Source of the DNA: Vicinamibacterales bacterium
Lineage (GTDB): Bacteria > Acidobacteriota > Vicinamibacteria > Vicinamibacterales > JAMQPK01
Direction of reading: 5' to 3'
DNA: 64,000 bases
Assembly (NCBI GenBank): GCA_963811435.1
Contig: CAWERD010000006.1
Span: forward strand, 1,042,696-1,106,695
Of the stretch, positions 38,608 through 48,341 are shown in pieces. Made by a program: the position numbers and the translations under genes. Within the stretch, counting starts at the first letter, position 1. Each line of letters starts with the position of its first letter. Under the pieces are notes generated by a model. The model searched no databases. It saw nothing but the letters and a program-made list of their open reading frames with translations, and was not told the origin of the DNA.

Positions 38608-40451
38608 TTCTCGACGGGCGGCTCGATTCTGTCGATGATCAGCAGGGGTGCGGGGGCCAGCTGATTGTCGAATCTGAGACCGAGTTGTTCCGGCAGCGCC
38701 GCGAGAAAGTTCGGGGCATGGGACTCGAGGGGGCGTGTGTAGGCTCGATACGGAGACAATGCCGGCGCTGCCTGGCTCGGCACAAGGACTTCCTGCGCGA
38801 CGGGGTCTGGTGTCCATTCGAGCGTGAAATCGAACGCACCACTCAGGTTCGTGTGGTCTATCAGCCGACGGTCCAACCCGATCCGGCTGCCGGCGGCAAG
38901 ATGCTTCGGAAGAATGTGGACCAATTGCGCCATCGTGATGCCGCGGCCCACCAGGCGGCCGGCGGTACCGGAGAGGCCACACGGTGAAGACTCGCCTGGC
39001 TTGGCACGGCAATCGATCTGAGATGGCGTCAGTCGCGGTCCAGGACTGCCATCCGGTCGTGACAGGACGAGCGCATAGATCGGGAACTCCTTCGACTCTC
39101 GGTGCGTCTCCAATTTGAATCGATCCGCCAGCAGCGACTGCAGCATTTCACCCGACTGCGACCGCGACGCCGTTGGTCCGGGCGGCGCCGTCGCGAGGAT
39201 GTCAAAATGATCTGAATCGACCCATCCAGGCGCGTTCTCGATCTGATGCGGCTGGTGAATCTCATTTGGGTCATCCGGGCGCCCGTACGCCAAAAGCAGC
39301 AAACTACGTACGGTGGCGTTGGTCGCGGTCATCTCGCGATCGAACAGTCTGACCCATCTTTCCGTGCCGCCGTTCGTATTGCGCCTGATCGACACTGTTT
39401 CAAATCTAAGCGGAGAAGCCGCAGTCGGACTTGACTGTGTCTGCCGCATGGCGCGCACGACCGTGATCGGGGCGATACAGAGAATCACCATGGTCCCCAT
39501 GACAATCAACCCCGTGGCCCGGCGATGTCCCACAGGACCACGTGCCTGGCCCTCATCCAGCACCGCCGCGACACGTGCCGCGAGATCGCCACGACCCGCC
39601 ATTGCCAGAAATGGCTGCCGCGTCTCGGCTCGTTCGCACTGCGCGATGGAGACCAGCAACGAGGCATAGTCTCTTGCATTGTCCTTGCGCAATACGACAT
39701 CGTCACACGCGCGCTCTGCTTCCAGCCGCAATCGTCGCCACGCGGCCCAGACAAGCGGATGGAACCAGTACGCGGCGCAGACCATCCTCGACAGGCAGTG
39801 CGTCAGAAAGTCCCAGCGTGCCACGTGCGCGAGCTCGTGTGTGAGCGCACTCCTGACCGCCGCGGTATCCCAACGTTGTGCGCTCGACGGCAGGATGATC
39901 GACGGGCTCCACACTCCGCAGGTCATCGGGCCCGTCACGGCGTCGTGAAGCAAGACGTAAATCTGCCGGTGCACGCCGATCGTCGGCGCAAGCGTTTGCG
40001 CAAGCGCTTGTCCCTTGATCCATGACGCTGCATCCTGGCGCAGGTGACGCATCTGCCAGGCACCGGCAACGACTGGCGTCAGGAAAAGCACGACGCCTGT
40101 CAGCCAGATGATGGTCACGACCTGCGCGATCGTCACCGATCGTGCGGGTGCCGTATTTCGAGAGACCGAAGGAGCGCTGGGCGTTTCTGGGCCTGCGCCT
40201 GAGCTCGACACGGCGGCCGGCGCAGCACCGTGTGTCCGCGATACCGGGACCACCGTCGTCGCTGGTACCGGGACCGAAACGGTTGGCAGCACCAGGGCTG
40301 CACCGGGAACAGCGACGAGCGCAGCGAAGGCGAGAGCGAACAGCACGTGTCGAATCGACGCCCGCGTGCGCCGGCACACGCGCGCGAGGAAAAACGCCAC
40401 ACTGCAGACAAGTGTCGCCTTTGCAATCACCAGGGCAGCGAAGGACATCAT
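38604..40451 (-). CDS. BlaR1-like M56 metallopeptidase fused to a TIGR03435-type domain
   Basis: PMTCG, HELAH, WFHPLVW, ERACDD; C-terminal FETVSIR, MLQSLLADRFKL, EQLGLR, IDRIEPP. Confidence 0.92.
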   Translation of the reverse strand: MMSFAALVIAKATLVCSVAFFLARVCRRTRASIRHVLFALAFAALVAVPGAALVLPTVSVPVPATTVVPVSRTHGAAPAAVSSSGAGPETPSAPSVSRNTAPARSVTIAQVVTIIWLTGVVLFLTPVVAGAWQMRHLRQDAASWIKGQALAQTLAPTIGVHRQIYVLLHDAVTGPMTCGVWSPSIILPSSAQRWDTAAVRSALTHELAHVARWDFLTHCLSRMVCAAYWFHPLVWAAWRRLRLEAERACDDVVLRKDNARDYASLLVSIAQCERAETRQPFLAMAGRGDLAARVAAVLDEGQARGPVGHRRATGLIVMGTMVILCIAPITVVRAMRQTQSSPTAASPLRFETVSIRRNTNGGTERWVRLFDREMTATNATVRSLLLLAYGRPDDPNEIHQPHQIENAPGWVDSDHFDILATAPPGPTASRSQSGEMLQSLLADRFKLETHRESKEFPIYALVLSRPDGSPGPRLTPSQIDCRAKPGESSPCGLSGTAGRLVGRGITMAQLVHILPKHLAAGSRIGLDRRLIDHTNLSGAFDFTLEWTPDPVAQEVLVPSQAAPALSPYRAYTRPLESHAPNFLAALPEQLGLRFDNQLAPAPLLIIDRIEPPVEN

Positions 40452-40837
40452 TCGCTCTTCTCCTTACGTGCGCGTTGAATCTCGGCAGCCAGCTCCTCGA
40501 GCTCTTTCTCGGTCCACGACCCCTGGCGGACGAGCGACACCACCATCTGAGAGAGAGAGCCGCCGAAGAACGTCTGCAGGTAGCGCTGGAGCGCCGTTTT
40601 CTTCGCCTTGTCTGGAGATTGCGTTGACGAGTAGACATACCTGACGCCATCTTCGAAGTGACGCAGATAGCCCTTCTTTTCGAGCCGGGCGAGCATGACG
40701 CGGACGGACGACCCGGTGGGCGGATCCGTCAGCCGCGCCCGGATCTCTTCTGCAGTGGCACGATTGCCCAGCGCGAACAGTGCGTTCATGATTTCGCGCT
40801 CGCGTCGCGGAAGCGTATCTCGGGCGGTCCTGGGCAT
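40448..40837 (-). CDS. BlaI/MecI/CopY-family repressor
   Basis: REREIM, SVRVMLARLEKKG, FFGGS; overlaps M56 start. Confidence 0.93.
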   Translation of the reverse strand: MPRTARDTLPRREREIMNALFALGNRATAEEIRARLTDPPTGSSVRVMLARLEKKGYLRHFEDGVRYVYSSTQSPDKAKKTALQRYLQTFFGGSLSQMVVSLVRQGSWTEKELEELAAEIQRARKEKSE

Positions 40838-40849
40838 GCGTTCTCCAGA

Positions 40850-40893
40850 TGCGACAGATGTCGCAGTGTAGTGCGACATCTGTCGCATGTCAA
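40850..40893 (-). promoter_or_regulatory. Sigma70 promoter with two palindromic operators for the BlaI-M56 operon
   Basis: Minus strand TTGACA (40893-40888), 17 nt, TACACT (40870-40865); TGCGACA-NN-TGTCGCA at 40872-40887 and 40850-40865. Confidence 0.85.
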
Positions 40894-40925
40894 GCATGCG
40901 CCGAACCGTGGTCAGGGTTTATTCT

Positions 40926-41219
40926 TCAGTGTTTGTCGTGGGCCGATCGTGCACGATGTGCGACTTCCTTCATCATGAAGATCTCTTCCTGAAGACGGCT
41001 CACCTGTTCGCGTAATGCCGCCACGAGGTCTCGCAGGTCGCCGAAATCAATCAACATACGGTCGGTGGTGTGAGTGGACAATCTGCCGACGCGCCCGGCG
41101 AGGCCGGTCCGTCCTGGCTTGCCTCGCGCGCCACGGGCACCGCGCGCGCCCTTCGCTCCTGTTTTCCCACGCTGCCCGCGTGGTCCTGTGCGTCCGTTCG
41201 GTCGCGTTTTCCGTGGCAT
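40926..41219 (-). CDS. Small basic collagen-like (Gly-X-Y) protein with C-terminal coiled coil
   Basis: GRT GPR GQR GKT GAK GAR GAR GAR GKP GRT GLA GRV GR, then LRDLVAALREQVSRLQEEI. Confidence 0.7.
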   Translation of the reverse strand: MPRKTRPNGRTGPRGQRGKTGAKGARGARGARGKPGRTGLAGRVGRLSTHTTDRMLIDFGDLRDLVAALREQVSRLQEEIFMMKEVAHRARSAHDKH

Positions 41220-41270
41220 CGCTCCGACATTTGCAGAGATGTGGTGCGAGTGTCAATCCTATCCAGCCGG

Positions 41271-41675
41271 CTAACGGCGGGCCGAAACGATCAAACCCAC
41301 CAGCGATCCAATACCGGCGCCAGTGCAGACGAACATCGGAATGTACGCGCTATGGGGTTCGCCGCCGCTGGCTCCAGGAATCACCGCAGCCTCAATCGCC
41401 AGGCCTGCGCCGACCCCGACCAAGGCACCGAACAGCACCGGATGACGGCCCGGCCAGCTTCGTTCCCGCGCCGGCTGCTGGCGTAAGGCGGGCGGCGGCG
41501 CCGCCAACCGAACGGATTCCCGGTTGAGAGAATCGTGCATCGTTCCCGTCGGAAGGTGGATTGCCGGTATGCGAAGTGTCATCTCGCGATCATCGTGGGC
41601 GAGCTGGGTTTGGGCGAATCCTGCCGCCGGCGTCAGTAAGCAGGAGACAAGTAGTGCCGCAGTGGTCTTGTGCAT
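41271..41675 (-). CDS. Hypothetical exported/membrane protein
   Basis: RBS ggagg, signal peptide, C-terminal Gly-rich hydrophobic hairpin. Confidence 0.65.
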   Translation of the reverse strand: MHKTTAALLVSCLLTPAAGFAQTQLAHDDREMTLRIPAIHLPTGTMHDSLNRESVRLAAPPPALRQQPARERSWPGRHPVLFGALVGVGAGLAIEAAVIPGASGGEPHSAYIPMFVCTGAGIGSLVGLIVSARR

Positions 41676-41721
41676 GGCATCCCTCCATGCATGGTAGTGC
41701 GCGAAGTGGTCCCGGAACGGC

Positions 41722-44700
41722 TCACTCCGCCGACGCGGGCCGGAAGCGGCCGATGGTGGCCGCAGAAACCCGGCTCAGCCACGCTTTCGCTCCATCGCCG
41801 ATAAACGCGCGTTCGAGCGCGTCGAACTTCACATAGGCGACCGGCACGAGCAGCAGCGTAAGCAGCAGGCACAGCGACTGCCCGCCGATGATCGTCACGG
41901 CAATGGCGGCGCGGCCCGTGCCGCCAATCCCGATGCCAAGCGAAGTGGGGATGAGCCCTGCGATGATGGCCGTCGTCGTCATGAGAATGGGCCGGAGCCG
42001 CGTTCGGCACGATTCGGCGATGGCCTCGCGGAGCGGGAGACCCCGCGCCCGCAGCACGTTGGCATAGTCCACCTGCAGGATCGAGTTCTTCTTGACGATG
42101 CCGAGCAGAAGAAGCATGCCGAGCGCGCTCCACAGGTTCAGCGTGCGGCCGGTCGCCCACAGCGTGAACAGCGCGAACGGCACCGCAATCGGCAGCGCCA
42201 TCATGATGACGATGGGCTGGAGGAAGCTCTCGAACTGCGAGGCGAGGACCATGTACACGAAGATCATCGCGAGGCAGATCGCCATGATCAGATTGGCCGT
42301 CGTCTCGTCGAGAATCCTCGACTGTCCCTGCAGCCGGTACGACATCGTGCCTGGCAGGTTGAGCCCGGCGAGCATCTGGCGCACGTCGTTGGCGGCTTCG
42401 TCGAGCGCGTGGCCCTGCGCGATGTCGGCGATGAGCATGACGGTGAACTGACGATTCGAACGCGAGAGCGTCGTCGGTCCGAGGCCGCGCTGCAGCGTGG
42501 CGATGTTGTCGATGCGCACAGGCCCGGCGGCGGACGGCACGGTGAGCCGGCCGATCTCCTCGATGTCGCGGCGCTGCTCTTCGCGCACGCGCATCTTGAC
42601 CGGATATTGCTCCGCGGCTTCCTTATAGAACGAGATCTGATCGTCCCCCGAGACAGCCAGCCGCAGTGTGTTGCCGACAGTGGCCATCCGCACGCCGAGA
42701 TCGGCGGCGCGCTTACGGTCTACGGCGACGTGCACCTCTGGATTCGACAGGCTGAGATTGATCTTGACGTCGGTCAGGCTCGGCAGCTTCTGCGCCGCCG
42801 CGAGCGCGCGCGTCGAGTACGTGGCGATCTGCTCGAGATCGGGCCCGAGGATGTTCGCGGAGATCGCGAAGCCGCCGGTGCCTTCGCCGCTGCCGAGCGC
42901 GTTGCGCGACGTGATGCTCGGCCGGTAGCCCGGAAATGCCGCGAGCCGGCGCCGCATCTCGTCGATCATCTCGGCCTGCGTGTTCTCGCGCTGCCCGATC
43001 GGCAGTGCCTGACACATCAAGTGCACGTGTGTCGACGCGCCGGAGCCGCCAGAGACGCCGATCGACGGCTCGATGTGGGCCACCCCTTCGATGCCGCTGA
43101 CGGCCTTGAGCAGCTTGAACGCCACTTCGGTCGAGCCCTCGAGCGACGTGCCCTCGGGCGCGTCGAGGTGCACGATCCATTCGCCCATGTCCTCGTTCGG
43201 CACGAACTCGCGTCCCACCATGTAATTCAGCGGGATGGCCAGCAGCACGGTGAGGCCCGAGATGGCGAAGATGGCGCGCGGGTGATCGAGCGACCAGTTC
43301 AGCGTGCGCATGTACTGCTGGTCGAGCCAGTGGAAGAAACCCGCTTCCTTGGACTTGTGATCGGCCAGGCCGTCGGACGGTCTGAGGAAGCGGGAACTGA
43401 GCATCGGCGTCAGCGTGAAGCTGACGAGCATCGACACGAGAATGGCGAAGGCCATCGTCCAGCCGAACGGGTAGATGAACCGCTTGGCGTAGCCCTCCAT
43501 GAAGGCAATCGGCAGGAAGATGACCACGAGCGACAGCGTGGTCGCCATTACCGGCAGCGCGACCTCGCGCGTGCCCTGTATCGCCGCGTCGAACGGCGAG
43601 CAGTTCTTCTCTTCGATGTAGCGGAAGATGTTCTCGAGCACAACGATCGCGTCGTCGATGACGATGCCCACCGCGAGGGTAATCGCCAGCAGCGTCATGT
43701 TGTTCAGCGTGAACCCCATGATGCGCATCAGCGTGAAGGTGGCGATGATCGACGCCGGTATGGCGAGCGCGGAAATGATCACCGCGCGAAGGTTCCGGAT
43801 GAAGAACATGACGACAATCGCGGCGAACAGGGCGCCGAACACCAGGTGCTCTTCGAGCGACGCGACCGACGCGTAGATGAACCGGGAGTCGTCTCGGACG
43901 ATGGTGACCTCCACGCCCGGCGGGAGCGTGCGCTGGATTCTTTCCAGCGTTCCGCGCACGCCTTCGATGACGGCAACGGTGTTCTCGCCCATCGCGCGGC
44001 GGATGTCGATCATCACCGCCGGCGCTTCGCCGAGCCACACGGCGCTTGTGGGCCGCTCGGACGTGTCCTCGGCGTGCCCGATGTCGGCGATGCGAATGGG
44101 CGTTTCGTCCTTGGTGGCCACGACGATGTTGTTGAAATCCGTCGAGGCGTCGACGCGGCCGAGGGTGCGCAACAGCAGCTGGCCTTTGCCCTGCTCGATC
44201 GTGCCGCCGGGAATCTCGACGTTTTCAGCGACGACGGCCTCACGCACCTGGTTCATCGACAGGCCATACGAGTTGAGCTTCTCGATGTCGACGACGATGT
44301 GAATCTCCCGTGCGCGCCCGCCGGTCACGCTGACTTCGCCCACGCCGTTGATGGTCTGGATGCCGCGGGCAATCTGCTTGTCGGCCAGCTCGGTCAGCGT
44401 CCGCAGGCTCATCGTCTTGGACGAGACGATGAGCGACATCACCGGATCGGCGTCGGGATCGATCTTCGTGATGACAGGCGGAAGCAGCGTCGGCGGAACG
44501 GTCCGAAGGGCGCCGGCGACTTTTTCGCGAACGTCGCTGACGGCCTCGTTCAGATCGCGCTCGAGGACGAAGCGCACGATGATGCGCGCCTGCCCCTCGG
44601 AGATGCGCGCCTGAACCTCGTCGATACCCGATACGCCGCTGATCGCCTGTTCCATGGGCTCGACGACCGACGTCGACATTTCGTCGGGGCTGGCGCCCGG

Positions 44701-44850
44701 CAGCGACAAGCCGACGCTGACAGTCGCCGGATCGGCCCTCGGGAACAAGTCCACGCCCAGCCCCTGAAACGAGAAGGTTCCAAGCACCACGAGCGACATG
44801 ACCAGCATCGTCGCGGATACGGGCCGGCGGACGCAGAATTCGGACAACAT
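41722..44850 (-). CDS. RND (AcrB/HAE1) efflux permease
   Basis: RRPV, DLFP, GIVIDDAIVVLENI, VKKNSIL, RLRPILMTT. Confidence 0.96.
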   Translation of the reverse strand: MLSEFCVRRPVSATMLVMSLVVLGTFSFQGLGVDLFPRADPATVSVGLSLPGASPDEMSTSVVEPMEQAISGVSGIDEVQARISEGQARIIVRFVLERDLNEAVSDVREKVAGALRTVPPTLLPPVITKIDPDADPVMSLIVSSKTMSLRTLTELADKQIARGIQTINGVGEVSVTGGRAREIHIVVDIEKLNSYGLSMNQVREAVVAENVEIPGGTIEQGKGQLLLRTLGRVDASTDFNNIVVATKDETPIRIADIGHAEDTSERPTSAVWLGEAPAVMIDIRRAMGENTVAVIEGVRGTLERIQRTLPPGVEVTIVRDDSRFIYASVASLEEHLVFGALFAAIVVMFFIRNLRAVIISALAIPASIIATFTLMRIMGFTLNNMTLLAITLAVGIVIDDAIVVLENIFRYIEEKNCSPFDAAIQGTREVALPVMATTLSLVVIFLPIAFMEGYAKRFIYPFGWTMAFAILVSMLVSFTLTPMLSSRFLRPSDGLADHKSKEAGFFHWLDQQYMRTLNWSLDHPRAIFAISGLTVLLAIPLNYMVGREFVPNEDMGEWIVHLDAPEGTSLEGSTEVAFKLLKAVSGIEGVAHIEPSIGVSGGSGASTHVHLMCQALPIGQRENTQAEMIDEMRRRLAAFPGYRPSITSRNALGSGEGTGGFAISANILGPDLEQIATYSTRALAAAQKLPSLTDVKINLSLSNPEVHVAVDRKRAADLGVRMATVGNTLRLAVSGDDQISFYKEAAEQYPVKMRVREEQRRDIEEIGRLTVPSAAGPVRIDNIATLQRGLGPTTLSRSNRQFTVMLIADIAQGHALDEAANDVRQMLAGLNLPGTMSYRLQGQSRILDETTANLIMAICLAMIFVYMVLASQFESFLQPIVIMMALPIAVPFALFTLWATGRTLNLWSALGMLLLLGIVKKNSILQVDYANVLRARGLPLREAIAESCRTRLRPILMTTTAIIAGLIPTSLGIGIGGTGRAAIAVTIIGGQSLCLLLTLLLVPVAYVKFDALERAFIGDGAKAWLSRVSAATIGRFRPASAE

Positions 44851-44860
44851 GAGATTCTCC

Positions 44861-46063
44861 CTAACTCGTCACGACGATGGACTCGCCGCCATTCAAGGTC
44901 TCGACGTCCGACACGACGACGCGCTCGCCGGGCTTGACGCCGCTCGTCACTTCGATTCTGTCGCCGAGGCGTTCGCCCACCTGCAGCTCGCGCATCTCGA
45001 GTCGATCGCCGTTCACGACGAACGCGCGATTCACACCGTAGCGGTACTGCAGCGCGGCGAAGGGCAACGTCAGGACCTCGTCGACTTTGCCGCTCTCGAC
45101 GTGCACGCGCGCGAATGTTCCCGGTTTCAGCGCGCCGTCCGGATTGGGCACGAGGGCTTCGAACGGAAACGCGCGAGTACCGGTATTGACCGCCGGGCTG
45201 ATGCGCGTCACTTTTCCGGTGAAGGCTCGGGTGGGGTAGGCATCGACGCGCAGCTCGACCGGACGCCCGTCATCGATCCATGGCGCCATGCGCTCGGGGA
45301 TCTCGGCGATCACTTTCAACGGATCGAGCCGGACGATGGCCATCACCGGCATCTGCGCCTTGACCAGCTCGCCGAGATTCACGAGACGCCGTTCGACAAA
45401 CCCGTCGAAGGGCGCACGAATCTCGGTGTCGCGAACCTGGCGTTCGGACAGCTTCATCGCGGCCTCGGCCGCTTGTATGCTCGCGCTCAGGTTCCTGGCG
45501 TTCTGCAGCGCCACCTCGTGACCCGCCTGTTTGGTCTGCAGCTCGGCCTGGGCGTCGTCGAAGACCTGTTGCGCGACGAGCTCTCGCTTCAGGAGCTCCC
45601 TGGCGCGATCGAACGCACTGCGTGCCTGCGCGAGCTCGGCGTTCGCCCGTCGCACGTCGGGCGTGTTTTCCGGCTCCGGCAGATGCTGGGGGTCCTTGGC
45701 GCCGTACTGGGCGAGCGTGCGCGCAAGCGCCGCCTGCTGCTGTTGAAAGAAGTACTGCTGCCTCTCGTTGTCGAGTCGGACGAGCACCTGACCGGTCTGC
45801 ACGCGGTCGCCCAAATCGGCCAGGATCGCGCGCACCGTGCCGTCGGCTTCAGACGACACCGTCACCTGGTCGACGGCGGTCAACGTGCCGACGACGTCAA
45901 CGGACCTGCGAACGGCATCGCGCTGCACCGCCACGACGGACACCTGCTTCGCCTGGCGCCCGGCCGCCCCGGCCTGCGCAGGATCCGCGCTCGAGCAACC
46001 AGCCAGCGGTGCGGAAATGATGACAAGAATGGCGAGCGGACGAAGTCTTGGCATAGCAGTCAC
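44861..46063 (-). CDS. RND periplasmic adaptor (MFP), lipoprotein
   Basis: LAGC lipobox, GDRVQTGQVL, IRAPFDG, LKPGTFAR, GVKPGERVV. Confidence 0.93.
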   Translation of the reverse strand: MTAMPRLRPLAILVIISAPLAGCSSADPAQAGAAGRQAKQVSVVAVQRDAVRRSVDVVGTLTAVDQVTVSSEADGTVRAILADLGDRVQTGQVLVRLDNERQQYFFQQQQAALARTLAQYGAKDPQHLPEPENTPDVRRANAELAQARSAFDRARELLKRELVAQQVFDDAQAELQTKQAGHEVALQNARNLSASIQAAEAAMKLSERQVRDTEIRAPFDGFVERRLVNLGELVKAQMPVMAIVRLDPLKVIAEIPERMAPWIDDGRPVELRVDAYPTRAFTGKVTRISPAVNTGTRAFPFEALVPNPDGALKPGTFARVHVESGKVDEVLTLPFAALQYRYGVNRAFVVNGDRLEMRELQVGERLGDRIEVTSGVKPGERVVVSDVETLNGGESIVVTS

Positions 46064-46147
46064 GTTATGGGTTGTGGGACTTATCTGAGTATACGATCCC
46101 TGCCCGCCGGCCGGCGCGTGTCTGGCGCCGCCGGCGGGTGGTCCGCC

Positions 46148-47128
46148 TCAGATCAAATCGATGCGGAATACGTAGCAGCCAGAGGGGCTGTTTAGCGGCG
46201 GGTAGCCCGGGTGCTGATACTGCGGGACGTCGATCGACCAGCCTGGATGTTCGCCCGCGTCCACGCCGTAAAGTTGACCGTTGTTCACGGTCACGTCGTG
46301 AATGTCACAGGAGCCGGGCACGAACTCCACAATCTCGACCACCTGGCTTGTCTTGATATCGTACCGCACGAGGCCCGGCGTGTAGCCCTCGTAACCCGTA
46401 GTGCCTTCCTTTTGATGCCCCGTCACCTGCCAGATCGAGCCGTTGTCGTACGCGATCCCGTGCAGCCGTTGCGAGAGGCGGGTGACCGGAATGATGTAGT
46501 CAACATCCCAGGTTCTGGGGTCGATTCGCAAAATCGCCTGGAGCCGGTTGGAATCGATCCAGATCTTGCCGGCATCCTCCTGCCACGACATGCCATGTGT
46601 GGCGCCTCCATCGTCTTTCGGCCCGAACGGAATCTGGCGATGGCTGATCTGCTTGCCGTTCATATCCGTTTGAAAAACGCCGTCGATCGGAGGCGTGGGG
46701 GGATTGATCACCGACGCACCGTTGGCGCCGCTCCAGACATAGCCATTGCCGAAGCACATACCGCTCGTGTCTTTGCAATTGGTCATCACGGTCTGAAGCA
46801 GCTTGCCGTTCCAGTCGAGAAGCCAGGCGGCCTCCGGCTTGTTGTCGTGACGCTGCTCCTGAACCCAGAAGCCTCGCTTCTGGTCGTGATCGATGTCGAT
46901 GGCATTGGGCCAGCCGGGCGGCGTCAGAAACATCTTGGTCGTCGTGGCCTTGCGCTTCGGAATCTGCCGGACGGGCGCCGGCGCACCGACACGCCGGCCC
47001 AGTGCGTCCGTTCCCGTCTCACGAGGCGCCGCCGCCGGCGATTGTGCGAGCAGCCTGTCGGTGCCCAGGGTTGCGATCAGACCGATACCGGCCGCAAACC
47101 ACTCCCTGCGCCGCATGAGGTTCGTCAT
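46148..47128 (-). CDS. Tat-exported beta-propeller protein, paralog of 7699..8607
   Basis: RRREWF Tat-like motif; shares TTKMF, EAAWL-DWNGKL, KQISHRQIP and DAG-HPGW with 7699..8607. Confidence 0.75.
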   Translation of the reverse strand: MTNLMRRREWFAAGIGLIATLGTDRLLAQSPAAAPRETGTDALGRRVGAPAPVRQIPKRKATTTKMFLTPPGWPNAIDIDHDQKRGFWVQEQRHDNKPEAAWLLDWNGKLLQTVMTNCKDTSGMCFGNGYVWSGANGASVINPPTPPIDGVFQTDMNGKQISHRQIPFGPKDDGGATHGMSWQEDAGKIWIDSNRLQAILRIDPRTWDVDYIIPVTRLSQRLHGIAYDNGSIWQVTGHQKEGTTGYEGYTPGLVRYDIKTSQVVEIVEFVPGSCDIHDVTVNNGQLYGVDAGEHPGWSIDVPQYQHPGYPPLNSPSGCYVFRIDLI

Positions 47129-47195
47129 GGCGTTCTCCTTAGTCTTTGAAGGCGATCGTGACAATATACGCCTTTCGCCGCCACATAAGGAGCGC

Positions 47196-48341
47196 ATGGA
47201 AATGGGGCAGAAAGAGCATTCAACCTGGATCCTGGCGCCGGTGATCGCTGCCGGACTGACTGCGGCGATGGCGGGAGGTTCCAGTCTCGTCGCGCAGGAG
47301 AAGGGCGGCGCTGAGGTTACCGGGCCGTACGAGTATGTCGAGAACTGGCCTCTGCCCGTGCATGAGGACGGATGGACCTGGGGTTCGATCCCGGCTGTCT
47401 GGGCCGAGTCGGAAGATCGCGTGCTCGTCTTCATGCGCGGCGAGAAGCCGGCCATGCGCGCGGTGCCTGCACGGGGCGATATCAAGGGGCGCGCGCTCGG
47501 GCTGTTGGAAGGTGTCCGCGAGCAGGTGAACCAGCAGAGCCGGTTCGACGAGCACACGCTGATGATCTTCGACCGCCGGGGCCGGCTCATCGACTCGTGG
47601 GGACAGCACAAGAATCTGTTCACCGACGGCGGGGCCCATCGCATTCAGATCAGCCCCTACGATGCCGACAAACATGTGTGGCTGGTCGAGCACCTCAGCC
47701 ATCAGATCCTGAAGTTCACCAACGACGGGTCAAAGCTCGTCATGCGGCTCGGCGAGAAGGGTGTCCCCGGCAACGACAAGACCCATTTCAATCAGCCGTC
47801 AGACATGCTGTTCATGCCGAACGGCGATTTCTACGTCACAGACGGATATCGCAACACGCGAGTCGTGAAGTTCTCGAAGGATGGGAAGTACTTGATGGAA
47901 TGGGGCAGACCCGGATCGGGACCGGGGGAATTCCAGACCGTCCACGGCATTACGATTGACGCGAAACGGCGAATCTATGTGGGCGATCGCGAGAATGCCC
48001 GGATTCAGATCTTCGACGAGAACGGGAAGTATCTCGACGAGTGGCCCAATATTCCGCATCCGTATTTTCTGTATATGTCGAAGGATCAGCATTTGTGGGT
48101 CGGCGATGGTCTCGTGCACAAGATCATGAAGTTCGATCTCGATGGCCGCCTCCTGTATTCGTGGGGCACCTTCGGCCGCATGCCCGGCTTCCTGTGGGGT
48201 CCCCATCAGCTGAATGTGGATAGTGCCGGCAATCTCTACGTGGCCAACGCGCAGGGCAACAACGTTGCGAAGTTCAGGCCCAGGAAGAACGCCGATCCGT
48301 CGAAGCTCGTCGGCCCGCCGTTTGTACTGCCGGCGCGTTAA
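47196..48341 (+). CDS. NHL-repeat protein, peptidyl-alpha-hydroxyglycine lyase (PAL)-like
   Basis: FNQPSD, YVTDGYRNTRVVKFS, HGITID, DRENARIQIFD; RBS aaggag. Confidence 0.88.
   Translation: MEMGQKEHSTWILAPVIAAGLTAAMAGGSSLVAQEKGGAEVTGPYEYVENWPLPVHEDGWTWGSIPAVWAESEDRVLVFMRGEKPAMRAVPARGDIKGRALGLLEGVREQVNQQSRFDEHTLMIFDRRGRLIDSWGQHKNLFTDGGAHRIQISPYDADKHVWLVEHLSHQILKFTNDGSKLVMRLGEKGVPGNDKTHFNQPSDMLFMPNGDFYVTDGYRNTRVVKFSKDGKYLMEWGRPGSGPGEFQTVHGITIDAKRRIYVGDRENARIQIFDENGKYLDEWPNIPHPYFLYMSKDQHLWVGDGLVHKIMKFDLDGRLLYSWGTFGRMPGFLWGPHQLNVDSAGNLYVANAQGNNVAKFRPRKNADPSKLVGPPFVLPAR

Noticed and set aside
38604-40837. True blaR1/blaI beta-lactam sensing system
   Set aside because: No penicillin-binding sensor domain or adjacent beta-lactamase; C-terminus is TIGR03435-type
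41268-41274. GGCTAAC/GTTAGCC as a second attC
   Set aside because: Matches one R box only; no complementary partner or L arms at a suitable distance
42409-46195. Long plus-strand ORFs (842 aa and 465 aa)
   Set aside because: Antisense to well-supported RND and MFP genes
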